The notes beneath the pieces are model-generated. The model had not been told where the DNA came from. It did no database searches and was given only the letters and a program-made list of their open reading frames with translations. DNA of 64,000 bases from Macrostomum lignano. Taxonomy: Eukaryota. The translations under genes and the position numbers were made by a program. Shown here in pieces: positions 47,151 through 59,530 of the stretch. Within the stretch, counting starts at the first letter, position 1. The number at the start of each line of letters is the position of its first letter. Where the stretch lies: the NCBI GenBank assembly GCA_002269645.1, contig NIVC01001751.1, positions 62,001 through 126,000 of the forward strand, given 5' to 3'.

Positions 47151-47621
47151 ATGAGCCACCAATTTGTTCACCTCAAAGACCTGCGCCCAATGCAGAAAAA
47201 TGTTAATGTGCACTTCATAGTACTAGAAGTATACGATCCAACGCGTACCAAGGATGGCAACGAGGTTCGCAATGTCAGCATCGCCGACCGGACTGGCCGG
47301 ATGACCCTGGCCCTTTGGAATGACCATGGCCGCCAAGTTCATCCTGGCGACATCTGCCGCGTATTGAACGGCCTCACCACCGTGTTCAAACAGGAGATGA
47401 CGCTCAATGTTGGAAAGAATGGCGAATTGCAGAAAACTGGCGACTTTATGATGGTGTTCTCTGAGAAGCCGAACCTTAGCGAGATGACGCCAGACATGCT
47501 GGCCAAGATGCAGGAGATGAACGCGGCCAAGGCTGCGCCGCAGTCCGGCTCCGGCGGCGCTCCGTCAGCTGGCCGAGCCCGGGGCGGGCCGTCATTTAGC
47601 AGCGGCTGGGGCAAGACTTGA
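47151..47621 (+). CDS. NABP2: SOSS complex subunit B / nucleic-acid-binding OB-fold protein (hSSB1/2 homolog), intronless, 156 aa
   Basis: Reads KDLRP..KNVNVHFIVLE..TRTKDGNEVR..IADRTG..LWND..VHPGDI..VFK..GELQKTGDFMMVFSEKPNLSE, followed by a Gly/Arg-rich tail. NABP1 versus NABP2 cannot be resolved. Confidence 0.93.
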   Translation: MSHQFVHLKDLRPMQKNVNVHFIVLEVYDPTRTKDGNEVRNVSIADRTGRMTLALWNDHGRQVHPGDICRVLNGLTTVFKQEMTLNVGKNGELQKTGDFMMVFSEKPNLSEMTPDMLAKMQEMNAAKAAPQSGSGGAPSAGRARGGPSFSSGWGKT

Positions 47622-48639
47622 AGCTTGTACTATTAATAATTCTGCTGTTCAACATTGCGAATGCCTGCTAAATGTGACCTAATAGGAGTAGAGAAATTGA
47701 AAGTCATCACAAGGAAAAGCTGTAACTCCCGAACCTCCTGGCTAACCCGGCTAGCATTCAATGCAAATCTTGGTTTCATAGACTGCGTATTGAGCATTTA
47801 TATAATATCTAAAATTTTGACTGGCTTAAACTTGTGACTTCCCCGATACATTAACATACTGTCTTACCATTTAAATCAGAAAAAGCAGAAAGATTTAGTA
47901 GTTTGGGCTTGTCTTTCGACTGTAAATAGTGCACCCTGTTATCTTCTTATGAGCCAAAAAACAGCTTAATGTAAAGGAAAAGTGCGTACACAAAGGTTGC
48001 TGTCTCTTGTAGCAATTCAGATAAAAAGTCTTCTTTCCGCGCTGAGTACAATTTTTTATTTAGTTATTCGTTGCATTTAGGTCTGGCTACCTTTTCTGGG
48101 TCGTTAATTATGTTTTAATTGCTAAGTCTGATGTGACGATAATTACTTCAATAATTTCTTTGCTTCGGTGTTTTTGTGCGCTTTCTGCTCTCCTGTGCCA
48201 CGCGCCACATGTAGTTAATACAACATAAAAAAATAATGCATTTTCGATGCGTTATCCGTGCTTTGCTGCTCATAAAACTGCACTGCATATGTCTTTAAGT
48301 TTTTTGCGTTTACTTAAAGTATTTTTTTATTCCAAAACTCAACCCCAATTAGTTAAAAACTAGCAATCTAGTGCGGCCCCCCTTCGGGGCGCCCAATAAG
48401 AAAGGAGCAAAAATAGTTCATGGAAAACAATAAAAAAACACATTTTCTTAAACACTAATTCCTTCTTCACATTTTAAAAATCACCTTATTCGTGTAAAAT
48501 TGTCACGGACTAAGATGTTTGCAAAATTAAAAAATCACTTTTTCTCTAAAATTAACAAACAGTCAACAAAATATCGTTTCCCTAAATAGAAAATATTCCC
48601 AAGACAGCAAGCAACCCCCTCCAAAAGTGAACAATCGCA

Positions 48640-49130
48640 GATAGCAAGCATCCTCTAATGCTCATAGCAAGAATCACCACTGATAGCAAGCATCTGCAGA
48701 TTAGCAAGCACCCCCCAGATATTATAGAAGCATCCACCCAGATAGCAAGCATTCTGCAGATAGCAAGCACCCCCAGATATTATAGAAGCATTCTGCAGAT
48801 AGCAAGCACCCCCAGATATTATAGAAGCATTCTGCAGATAGCAAGCACCCCCAGATATTATAGAAGCATTCTGCAGATAGCAAGCACCCCCAGATATTAT
48901 AGAAGCATCCTGCAGATAGCAAGCACCCCCAGATATTATAGAAGCATCCACCCAGATAGCAAGCATCCTGCAGATAGCAAGAATCCCTAAATAGCAAGCA
49001 TCCTGCAGATAGCAAGAATCCCTGAATAGCAAGCATCCCTGGATAGAAAGAATCCCATGCATGTAGCCAGTACCCCCTCTCCCAAATAGCAAGTATCCCC
49101 CTCGAGAGCAAGCATCCACGAGACAGCAAG
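48640..49130. repeat. 39-bp minisatellite (GCAGATAGCAAGCACCCCCAGATATTATAGAAGCATTCT) inside the Helitron
   Basis: Direct reading. Confidence 0.92.
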
Positions 49131-49139
49131 TAGCTAGTG

Positions 49140-50940
49140 CAAATGTTACTTCCGCTAATGCAATAATCGCTTTCTCAGGTTGTGCAACAATCCACGTCTC
49201 AGCGAGCGCAATAATCTCTTTTTTAGACAGCGCAGTAATCAGCTTCTCAGCTAGTGCAATAATCCTTGGTTTATTAATAGCAATAATCCTTGATTAATCA
49301 AGTGCAATAATCCTTGGTTTATCAAGTGCAATAATCCTTGGTTTATCAAGTGCAGTAATCTTTGGCTTATAAAGTGCAATAATCCTTGGTTTATCAAGTG
49401 CAATAATCCTTTGTTTATCAAGTGCAATAATCCTTGGTTTATCAAGTGCAATAATCCTTGGTTTATTAAGTGCAATAATCCTTGGTTTATTAAGTGCAAT
49501 AATCCTTGGTTTATCTAGCGCAGTAATCCTTGGCTTATCAGGTGCAATAATCCTTGGTTTATCAAGTGCAATATTTGTTTATCAAGTGCAATAATCCTTG
49601 GTTTATCAAGTGAAATAATCCTTGGTTTATCAAGTGCAATAATCCTTGGCTTATCAAGTGCAATAATCCTTGGCTTATCAACTGCAATAATCCTTGGTTT
49701 ATCAAGTGCAATAATCCTTGGTTTATCAAGCGCAGTAATCCTTGGCCTATCAAGTGCAATAATCCTTGGCTTATCAAGTGCAATAATCCTTGGTTTATCA
49801 AGTGCAATAATCCTTGGTTTATCAAGCGCAGTAATTTTTGGCCTATCAAGTGCAATAATCCTTGGTTTATCAAGTGCAGTAATCCTTGGCCTATCAAGTG
49901 CAATAATCCTTGGTTTATCAAGTGCAATAGTCTTTGGTTTATCGAGTGCAGTAATCCTTAGTTTTCCAAGTGCAGTAATCCTTGGTTTATTAAGAGCAAT
50001 AATCCTTGGTTTATCGAGTGGAGTAGTCCTTGGTTTATTAATATCAATAATCCTTGAATAATCCAGTGCATTAATCCTTGGCTTATCAAGTGCAACATTC
50101 TTTACTATCAAGTGCAATAATCCATGGCTTATCAAGTGCAATAATCCTTGGCTTATCAAGTGCAATAATCCTTGGTTTATCAAGTGCAATAATCCTTTGT
50201 TTATCAAGTGCAATAATCCTTTGTTTATCAAGTGCAATAATCCTTTGTTTATCAAGTGCAATAATCCTTGGTTTATCAAGCGCAGTAATCCTTGGCTTAT
50301 CAAGTGCAATAATCCTTGGTTTATCAAGTGCAATAATCCTTGGTTTATCAAGCGCAGTAATCTTTGGCCTATCAAGTGCAATAATCCTTGGTTTATCAAG
50401 TGCAGTAATCCTTGGCCTATCAAGTGCAATATTCCTTGGTTTATCAAGTGCAATAGTCCTTGGTTTATCGAGTGCAGTAATCCTTGGTTTTCCAAGTGCA
50501 ATAATCCTTGGCTTCTTGAGTGCAGTAATCCTTGGTTTGCCAAGAGCAATAGTCCTTGGTTTATCGAGTGCAGTAATCCTTGGTTTTCCAAGTGCAGTAA
50601 TCCTTGGTTTATTAATAGCAATAATCCTTGGCTTCTTGAGTGCAGTAATCCTTGGTTTGCCAAGAGCAATAGTCCTTGGTTTATCGAGTGCAGTAATCCT
50701 TGGTTTTCCAAGTGCAATAATCCTTGGCTTCCTGAGTGCAGTAATCCTTGGTTTGCCAAGAGCAATAGTCCTTGGTTTATCGAGTGCAGTAATCCTTGGT
50801 TTATTAATAGCAATAATCCTTGGCTTCTTGAGTGCAGTAATCCTTGGTTTGCCAAGAGCAATAGTCCTTGGTTTATCGAGTGCAGTAGTCCTTGGTTTAT
50901 TAATAGCAATAATCCTTGGCTTATCGAGTGCAGTAATCTA
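49140..50940. repeat. 21-bp minisatellite (AAGTGCAATAATCCTTGGTTTATC-like) x ~80 inside the Helitron
   Basis: Direct reading, with higher-order variant blocks at 50450-50940. It explains the LHLINQG and LSSAIILG ORFs. Confidence 0.97.
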
Positions 50941-53354
50941 AGTGTTTTTATTTAGTCCTTTAATAAAACCTTTTAATAAAAAAATTTACACTACTACTTT
51001 TAAACTACTTAGATTCGAACCTAGGTCGCTGCATTAGCAGTCTGGTCTGTTCAGCTCTAGGCTAGCTCTCATCGAAGTTATCAGTGATGTTGTACCACTT
51101 ATATAATTCAACACTCACACCAAGTCAGGTAGAGTAAAAAGTCTCACGAAGCAGTTATGACATAATCAATTTCTTAGGCAAGTCAGTACCAGTGTCTATG
51201 AAAGTTTACAATATGGTTACGTAATATAAATTCAGTACTGCGCTATGCTTTCACACTCAAAGCTGTGACGCAATTCAATTGAGTGTCAAATTCAGCCAGT
51301 ACACAGACGATAAATAAAGTGTATTGTGATGCAATCTATTTCAGAATCAGAATTCAACCAGTGAGTTTTTCTGCTAGCATTCTTACGATGCATTTCAAGT
51401 CAAAAGAGCTGCTTGACCTTTGCAAAAAAGCATGTTTTTCGAATATTTAATCCCTTTAGCATCAAGCAATTTCTTAGCCACGATGCATGTACTGTCACGG
51501 GAAAATTTCTGATCGAACAGTGCAAGTTCGAAGAAAATCGGTTGAGCCGTTTTTGCTAAAATCGATCACACACACACATACACACACACACATACCGACA
51601 GACCATTTTTAGTATATTGGATGGAGGATGGAGGATGGAGGATGGAGGATGGAGGAATTAACATTCTTAAAAGAATTGCATCTGAATCACATTATTTTTC
51701 AAGTACATTATTGATAAAACTAGCTGCTGTCGTGTTTATAATCTCTTTTACGATACGTTAAAACTAAGATTGGCGAACGAAAGTGTATTTTTTTCGATCC
51801 TTCGTCAAGATTATTCGTCAGCAAGCAAGATATTCGCTAGCCGAAGTTTGCCAGTCTATATTGTTTACACGAGTGTCAATTCACAGGTACAAGGTGGCAT
51901 GCACATGTACCAATGCAATACAGTATAAAAATCAAGGTGCATACACATTTACTAGGCACACCCAAGGACCACTGGACTGAAGTCACTTTGTTAAACTTCT
52001 TACTTCTTCTTAAGTCTTCTTAAGTAGTCCTTAAGCACACCATGTCTACTACTGGCTCTATGCTCGCTTAGGTCAAAATATTTAGCGAACTGTACCAATA
52101 ATTTACAATGTGATATTAAAAGAAATTATTACAAAAAATGAGCAGAGATGACACTGCAGTAGTTTTTTTTCTACACGTCGTGCACCGTACAGTTGACGGC
52201 GCAAACAGTGTAAAAGCTGCAAAGCATAAAAACTCTTACAAAAAATGCATTTATATCATTATGGGGATACAGTTTTTACATAAATTTTCATTTATTTGTA
52301 CGTCGGCCGCCTAGAGTGATGTCTCATTCGACGGGTGCGAACTGCATATGAACCCTTACCTAAAGAGTACATGCTCTTGCATAAGTTGTGGTGTAATAAA
52401 CAATACAGTACATGTAACACTTGATTTATTTATGAATTCCTGTGATGAAATCTGCTGGCGAACGTGCGGCTAGCTAACGGCTGGGATCGTCTTTTGATTG
52501 GTCGGTGTGAAAGCCTGAAACGTCGACTCGTACAAGTGTTGCATTTTATTTTAATAAATGGTTACTGCACTATTTAAGCTTCAAAGTTTTTAAAGGCTAA
52601 CAAAAGCTGACGACTTATTGTTAGTTTTGTTTAGATTTGTTTTATTTACAGCGACTCATTATCATTTCTTACGATTTTTAAAATTTAATTTGTTGTCAAG
52701 AATATTATACTCATCGTATAGTATAGTATAGGTCGGCTTTATAGTCTGTAATTGACTGAATTACGAGGAAACTGCACTTTTGACGTTATCAAGGCTTTTT
52801 TAGTCTTCTTGTAAAAAAATTCGCGCAACTATTTTATCAATTAAGTTATTTTGCGTAGCTAATATTAATAATAATATAATATTACTGTTTAGTTTAACAG
52901 AGTGAAAGAAATCATTACGAAATGGAAAATGCATTTTCAGATGAAGATGATGGCAAGCATTTATGGTAAGCTGTTTAAGAATTTGTTTAATTTTGACAAT
53001 CAGCATAATCGAATTTGTTGTGCCATTTGTAAGATCAAATAATGATAGTGGATAGCCCTAGGCCTTGAACAACTGGCACCACAGGTACAAAAAACCAAAG
53101 ATTTTTTAATCTTTAAAAATAAAGATTATTGTTAATTGTGTTTCAAGCAATAAATTAGCAGTGCGAAATTTTTATCCCTAACTGTTTCTACTCTATTTCA
53201 AAAACAATTTTTATGTATGCAATTTTGGTTCCATGCATGCAGTAAAAACTGCATTAAATACTAAGTTGATATGTGTTGCACATTTAAATGCAGAATTTAA
53301 ATGTAGGATTCAATGTCGAATTTTCTGTGTTAAACTAATTAAGGCATTAATGTA

Positions 53355-54647
53355 CGAGGGGCACTATTAAAGTTCTGAGCCTGACCAAGATCTTATAGTG
53401 GCAAAGTGTTGAAACTTTAGGCTCTAAAAGCGCCACATGTTAATAGTCTATTGTTAACTTTTCAGAATTTTCTGCATTCCCTAAGTCCCACTGCACCATT
53501 TTATTTCCAGCACCCCATGGCATTTTCTCAAGAATTGAAGCTTGAGCACAGGGCAGTGAATAAATTTCTGACTCTGGAGGGCTCAAAGCCTGCTGAAATT
53601 CAAAGCCGCATGGCTAGTGTGTACGCTGACGCTGCCCCCTCATACGCCACCATAAAGTGCTGGGCAGCCAAGTTCAAGCGTGGCCGCGACTCGCTCGAAG
53701 ATGACCCCCGATGTGGACAACCCCGGACTGCTGTCACTGCCGACAACATCCAGCGCATCCAGGCTCTGGTTGACAGTGACCAGTGGGTGAAAGTCAGGGA
53801 ACTTGCGGCAGACACTGGACTCTCTGACCCGTAAGTCATTGAGATCCTGCACCAGCATCTTCATCTGTCCAAGGTTTCTGCCAGATGGATCCCACGAATC
53901 TTGACAAGGGACCAAAAGACAGCACGGGTGCAGTACTCAAAGCTTGTCCTGGACTCCTACAATCCAGACCCTGCCAACTTTCTGTCCTGCTGCGTGACCG
54001 GGGATGAGACGTGGATCCATCACCACAATCCCGAGTCCAATCAGGAGTCCAAGCAGTGGCTGCCAGTTGGTTCACCTGCACCACTGAAGGCACAGACTGC
54101 ATGCAGTGTGGGCAAGATTATGCTCACCGTCTTCTGGGATGCCAAGGGCCCGCTGCTGCTGGACTTTCTACCGCACAAGCAGACAGTCACAGGCGCCTAC
54201 TACGCTGACCTGATCGCCCGTCTGCGCGAGGCAATCAAGGAAAATAGGCGAGGGATGCTGAGCCGAGGTGTTGTGCTCCTGCACGACAATGCACCGGCCC
54301 ACACTAGCAGGATTGCCAAGGCTGCTGTCAGTGTCGCAGGGTTTCGAGAGCTGCCGCACCCAGCCTATTCACCAGACCTGGCCCCAAGCGACTTCCACCT
54401 GTTTCCACATCTCAAGCGGGCACTCCGTGGACAGCGATTTGACACTGATGATGCGCTGAAGGATGCTGCAACTGCTTGGTTTGAGGGCTGCTTGGTGCAA
54501 TTCTTCCAGAGTGGCATTGAGGCGCTGCGATCAAGATGCCATAAGTGCATCTTGGTTGGGGGAGACTATGTTGAGAAAAGCTGATCTCACTTTGCCCATA
54601 TCTCCTCTCTTTCATATTAAGGCTCAGAACTTTAATAGTGCCCCTCG
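53355..54647 (+). mobile_element. Full-length mariner element (1293 bp)
   Basis: Perfect 28-bp TIRs CGAGGGGCACTATTAAAGTTCTGAGCCT, with TA duplication at 53353-53354 and 54648-54649. Confidence 0.97.
53517..54584 (+). pseudogene. Mariner D,D34D transposase (355 codons) with one in-frame TAA at 53832-53834
   Basis: Contains EHRAVNKFL, an HTH region, WIPRIL, VTGDETW, LLHDNAPAH and YSPDLAPSDF, with 34 residues between D2 and D3. The two ORF-track pieces are in the same frame. Confidence 0.93.
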
Positions 54648-55826
54648 TATTATATATTCTAAACAAACTTAACTGTATCCTTTTTTACTTTATTTGTTAA
54701 TAATTAATATTCTTAAGCCTATTTAATGCAGAGCTCAATGCAGGATTTCTTACACTAAGTTAAAATTAAGTTCTTAAGCCTAGGCTTATTCAATGTGGAA
54801 TTCAATGTGGGATCCAATATGGGATTTCCTATACCTCACTGAAGCTTAGACCCTATTCAATCCAGAATTCAATATTGAAACTTACACCAGAGAATGAGGC
54901 AGTTTAACTAGTAGTAGTACATTTGATAATCAGCAGAATTTTAGCCCTTTGACTATAGGTATACCCAACATTATATATAATGAGCTTCCTTTTAATAAAT
55001 GCATATACTATGTCTTGATTTGTATACATTTATAATCAATGTTATTGTATCTCATAGTTTAGAAGGCAACATATATGCTAGGATTTCCCAGTGTACAATA
55101 AGGGTGCTAGTTATGTAGCAGCTGCTATTTTAGTTTCAAAATTAGTGAATTTAGTGCCACTAAATATGAAATTCACTAAAATTCAAAACTTCCTAAAAAA
55201 CATGAAAAAAGATTTATTTTTACTGTTTCTTTTCCTTAGTTAAAGCAGTGTGAAAATTAAAAAGATTCTACTTTATATTTAATAAAATAAAACCCAAATT
55301 AGTTAAAATTTGTCAAATTGAAAAAAGTTAACTGTTGTACTTATATACTGCACAAAGCCAAAGGATAAGGTAAGGTAACCGGTATAGTAATATTAACACT
55401 AACAGACAGTAGTACCATAGTAAGTTTAGTAACTTCACTTAGTAAGTTGCCATTGCCAGTCGCCAAGTTGGTTACCATTGCCAGTCGGTGGTCAGTAAGG
55501 GTAATTGGGCATTCTTTTGTTTTACAATCACTTAGCACTGTCCCTATGGGAGTTGGGACTTTCGTTATACAACCCCCCCCACAGAGGATGGCAAAATTGC
55601 TCTTAAAATCAAACTTCAAAATGGGACCAATTTCAAGCGCATCATTTTAACATCAAATCTTGTGTCTTATAGAAGTTAGAAGCTTGTCCTTATATTCACT
55701 TTCGTTATATGATCTTGACTTACTTTGACTTAGCTGCAGGGTGGTCCGTAGACACAGCGGGGAGGCGAGGGTCGCCCATTCCGCTAGCCCCTGAAGGCCC
55801 GCAGACAGGCAGAGGCGTGGGGCCGG

Positions 55827-58800
55827 TCAGGGTGGTCCGCCGGTCCGTCCTGCAGCGTGATCTTCTGTTGGGAAGAAACTGGCTCGTCTAGTCGCCCGAA
55901 GGAACTGGATGAGCCGTGGGATGCTGTCGGGCTGGCAAACCTCGTCAATGGACGGGTTCGGCCCGAGGTAGCGTAGCCGGTCTCTGTTAAAGAAAGGGCA
56001 GTGACAGACAAAGTGCTGAGCATCTTCATTGTCGCACTCGCAAAAGGGGCAAATTTCGCTCTCGAGGTCGCCTCGGAGGAAGCAGTGCCTGGCGAGGTAG
56101 CCATGGCCGGTAAGGGTCATGACAAGGGCTCGAATATCCTTCCGATTCTGGTTCAGAAGGATGTTTCTGAGCCTGTGAGACGGGCAAGGAACTGCGGCAC
56201 GAGATTGCCGGCAGTTTTGGGTGCCCGCCCATCTGTCCCTGTGGAGGGAGTCAGCCCAGTCGTCGATCTGACGATTGATGACTGTCAAGGGCATAGGGAC
56301 CAGGGGGGCAGGGCCGAAAAAAGAGCCAGAGCCGCCCCTCTTGGCGAGGGTGTCTGCCAGCTCGTTCCCCGGAAACCCTGCGTGCCCTGGGATCCACTTC
56401 AGCCTGACAGTATTGCTTCTGGCCAGGAGGTTGAGCTGCCGGGCGCAGTCGGCGACTGTCCGGGAGTTCGTTGTGGTGTGGCAAAGGGCCTGTAAGGCCG
56501 CTTGGCTGTCGGAGTGGATGACAATAGTCTTTCCTCTCGTAACCTTGGCGTTTAGCTCTGCAGCGCAAGAGCTGATGGCAAGGACTTCGTTCTGGAAGAC
56601 TGTGGAGAGTCTACCAGTGTGCTGGGCATGCGTGGCAATTACGCGGCCGTTGATGATGATGCAGACCCCAAAGCCGGCGCGACCGTCTTTGATGGATCCG
56701 TCCGTGTAGCAATGGACCTCCTGGAAATTCCAGTGGTCATTGGCAGCATCCCTAGAGGGGATGGTGACCTTGTAGCGCTGAAAGAGGTTGAGAGTGCGGG
56801 GTTCGCCGTCAGATAGGACGTGGAGCCCGCCGCTGTCTCTCAAGTCCTTGAGGCAGAGGTCAGCGTGGGGCAGAAGCTTGCGCTTAGCCATGGCCCTATG
56901 GGGCTGGATTCGAATGCCAGCGTCAGCTAGACGGCGGGCAGTCTTAGCCGCTTCCCTGCGGACAAAGATGTCCAGCGGAGGAATGTTGAGGAAGGCGTTG
57001 AGGCCATCGTAAGGAGCAGACGGAGGGGCGCTCATGATCGTGCGACAAGCGCGCCCTTGCGCTCTCCTGAGAGCCTCTAGACAGGTCTTTATCTGCAGGG
57101 CGCTAGCCCAGATCAGGCCGCCATACGAGATAGCGGGCCTAACCATTGCAGTGTAGATCCACCAGAGGCGCTTGGGGTGAGCCCCCAGGTGGTGCCGACG
57201 GCCCTGCGCAATTGCGCGAGGACTGCGAAGGCCTTTTTGGCTTTTGTTTGAACGTGGGGAGACCAGTTCAGCCTGTGGTCCAGGGTAATACCCAGACATT
57301 TAGTCTGCTTGCAGAAGGGGATTTCCCTTCCGTAAAGCGTGAGCGGCCGAATCTGCCACTTGGTCCTGCTGGTGAACATGATCGCTGCGGTCTTAGTCTC
57401 AGAGAGCCTTAAACCACAGCGGTCCGCCCATTGCTCAGCAGCGTAGATGAAGTTCTGAAGAAGGTCCCTGAGGGTATCAGGGGACGGACCAGATGCCACC
57501 GCGGTGACATCGTCCGCATATCCAACTTTCAGAATGGGGTCAGGCCGAACATCCCGGAGGAGCTCATCGATGACCATATTCCAGAGAACTGGAGACAGCA
57601 CCCCACCTTGCGGGCTACCTTTGCAGACGGGGACCGTCCTCTGGTAGCCCAGCAGACTGGCGGTGGCCGTGCGATGGCTGATCATGTACATGATCCATCT
57701 GGTGAGATGTGAGTGCGTTAGCCTCTCACAAAGAGCTCTTCGGAACGCCTCAAAGAGGACGTTATCGAAGGCGCCAATGATGTCCAGGAAGATCCCCAGA
57801 GCAAAGCCACTACCAAGCACGGCCTTCTCGAGTTTATCGACCAGGACGTGCAGCGCGCTTTCAGTGGAGCGACCCGCCCGAAAAGCGTGCTGGTTCTCGC
57901 TGAGAGGTTTGTTCTTCAGCTCAACAGAGAGAAGGCGCCAAAGCACCAGTCTCTCCATCAGCTTGACCAGGGAGGAGGTCAAGCTGATCGGTCTGAAGGA
58001 TTTGATAGAATGGTAGTCCGGGCGGCCTGGCTTAGGGATAAAGATCACCTTTGCCTCGGTCCATGCCTGCGGGACATAACCAAGCGTGATGCATGCCCGA
58101 AGAAGGCTGCAAAGTTTGCGCAGGAAGCCTGGGCATTTAACCGCCTCTCTTAGAAGGGCCGGTACAATGCCGTCGGGTCCTGGGGCTTTGAAAGGCTTGA
58201 AGGAATTTGCCGCTCTCACAATGCGGTCCTCCGTGATGATAGATGCAGCCAGCGCGTGACCTCCCTCCGAGTGATCCGGAGTGGTCTGGTTAGCTGGCTC
58301 GTTAGGGAAAAACGCAGTGAGCATTACATCAAGCGTTTCCCCTGGGTTGTCCGTGGACGTACCGTCGGTGCGTTTGACCGAGGAGAGCTTAGACATTTTG
58401 TCCAGCGTGAGCGCTTTCACAACTCTGGAGGTGGGGTGTGAGCCCTCTAGCTCCTCACAGTATTGTCGCCATTTTTGAGCCTTTGCATTCCTAACCTGCC
58501 TTTTAAACTCATGAATTGCTTCATGATAGGCGGTTTGGTCTGCAGGGCTCTTAGTTTTAGTTGCTCTGCGGTGGAGTCTCTTAGCCCTGCGACGGAGGTT
58601 GCCGAGCTCGGGATTCCACCACGGCGCCGATTTTTTCCCTTTATAGGCTTTTAAAGGGCAGGACGCCTCAAAGGCGGCGGTTAGCGTCTCTGTCAAAACA
58701 GTCGCGCACTCATCCGCCTCTCGGCACGACGTGATCGTGGATGGTTGGCCAGGAGACCGATGGAATTCCTTCAGGGCGAGCCCAAAGGTTTCCCAATCCG

Positions 58801-59530
58801 TATTTCTGGCGTTCCGTCTCCACGTAACACGAGTTGCGCTACGCGCGGCCATTAGGTTGAAGGAGATGAACTTGTGATCCGATAGTGAGGACACTGGAAG
58901 CACCCGCCACGCCCCAATACTCTGGTAGAGTCTGGGCGTTGCGAGCGTAGCGTCGATCACCTCCGACCACCGTCCGTTGTCAAAGGTAGGGGTGGACCCA
59001 GAGTTGCAGAACTCGAGGGTCGTAGAGGCAACGTAGGCTAGGAGGTCTTCGCCTCTCTGATTAATGCCAGTGCTGCCCCAGTGAGTGTGGTGGGCGTTGA
59101 TGTCGCCGGCAACCATGAGCTCGTAGTTTTTGGCAGAGCAGAGCTCTACCAGCGTAGCGAGGGCTCTGGGGACGACCGCAGCATCGCCTGGTAGGTAAAC
59201 CGAGGCAATGAGGGTGGTCTTCCCAGGAAGAAGGTCCTCGGATTGGATGACGCAGATGTCCCTGTTGGACAGGTCCGATCTGAGCCACGCACTGAGCGTT
59301 TTGCTCGCAAAGATGCAAGCTCTGGGAGGCTGGTTGGCCTCGCGAGGGTAAGTATAAAAACAATTGTAGCCAGCAGGGGCGTTTTGAGGCTTACCTCTGA
59401 GAGTCCAGGGTTCCTGGACGAGGATGAGCCCCGGCTTGTCGAGCTCGGCGTAACGCATAAGGTTGACCGAGGCTGCGACGCAGTGCTGCAGATTAATCTG
59501 CAGGCAATGGATTCCCTGGTTGCTGATCAT
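55827..59530 (-). CDS. LINE ORF2: APE endonuclease, RT, RNase H and CCHC knuckle, with a single 1-nt frameshift at the G4 run 57174-57177
   Basis: Motifs are QINLQH, VQEPW, GDINAH, TFD, IDAT, SDH (APE); KAPGPDG, FRPISL, QHAFRAG, DIIGAFD, GSPQGGVLSP, YADD (RT); YTDGS, EVLAI, SDSQAAL, WIPGH, GNELAD (RNase H); and CPFC..HFVCHC. Adding one C restores WGLTPKRLWW. Confidence 0.9.

Larger units (their letters stand above)
48360..51621 (-). mobile_element. Non-autonomous Helitron (~3.26 kb) carrying two minisatellite arrays
   Basis: The minus strand starts A|TCCAATATACTAAAAATGG, followed by a (TG)n tract. It ends with a GC hairpin GGGCGCCCCGAAGGGGGGCCGC, about 10 nt, then CTAG|T. There is no TSD, which fits canonical Helitron termini. 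Confidence 0.75.

Noticed and set aside
49251-50955. 464-aa and 287-aa repetitive ORFs
   Set aside because: They are translations of a 21-bp array within a Helitron.
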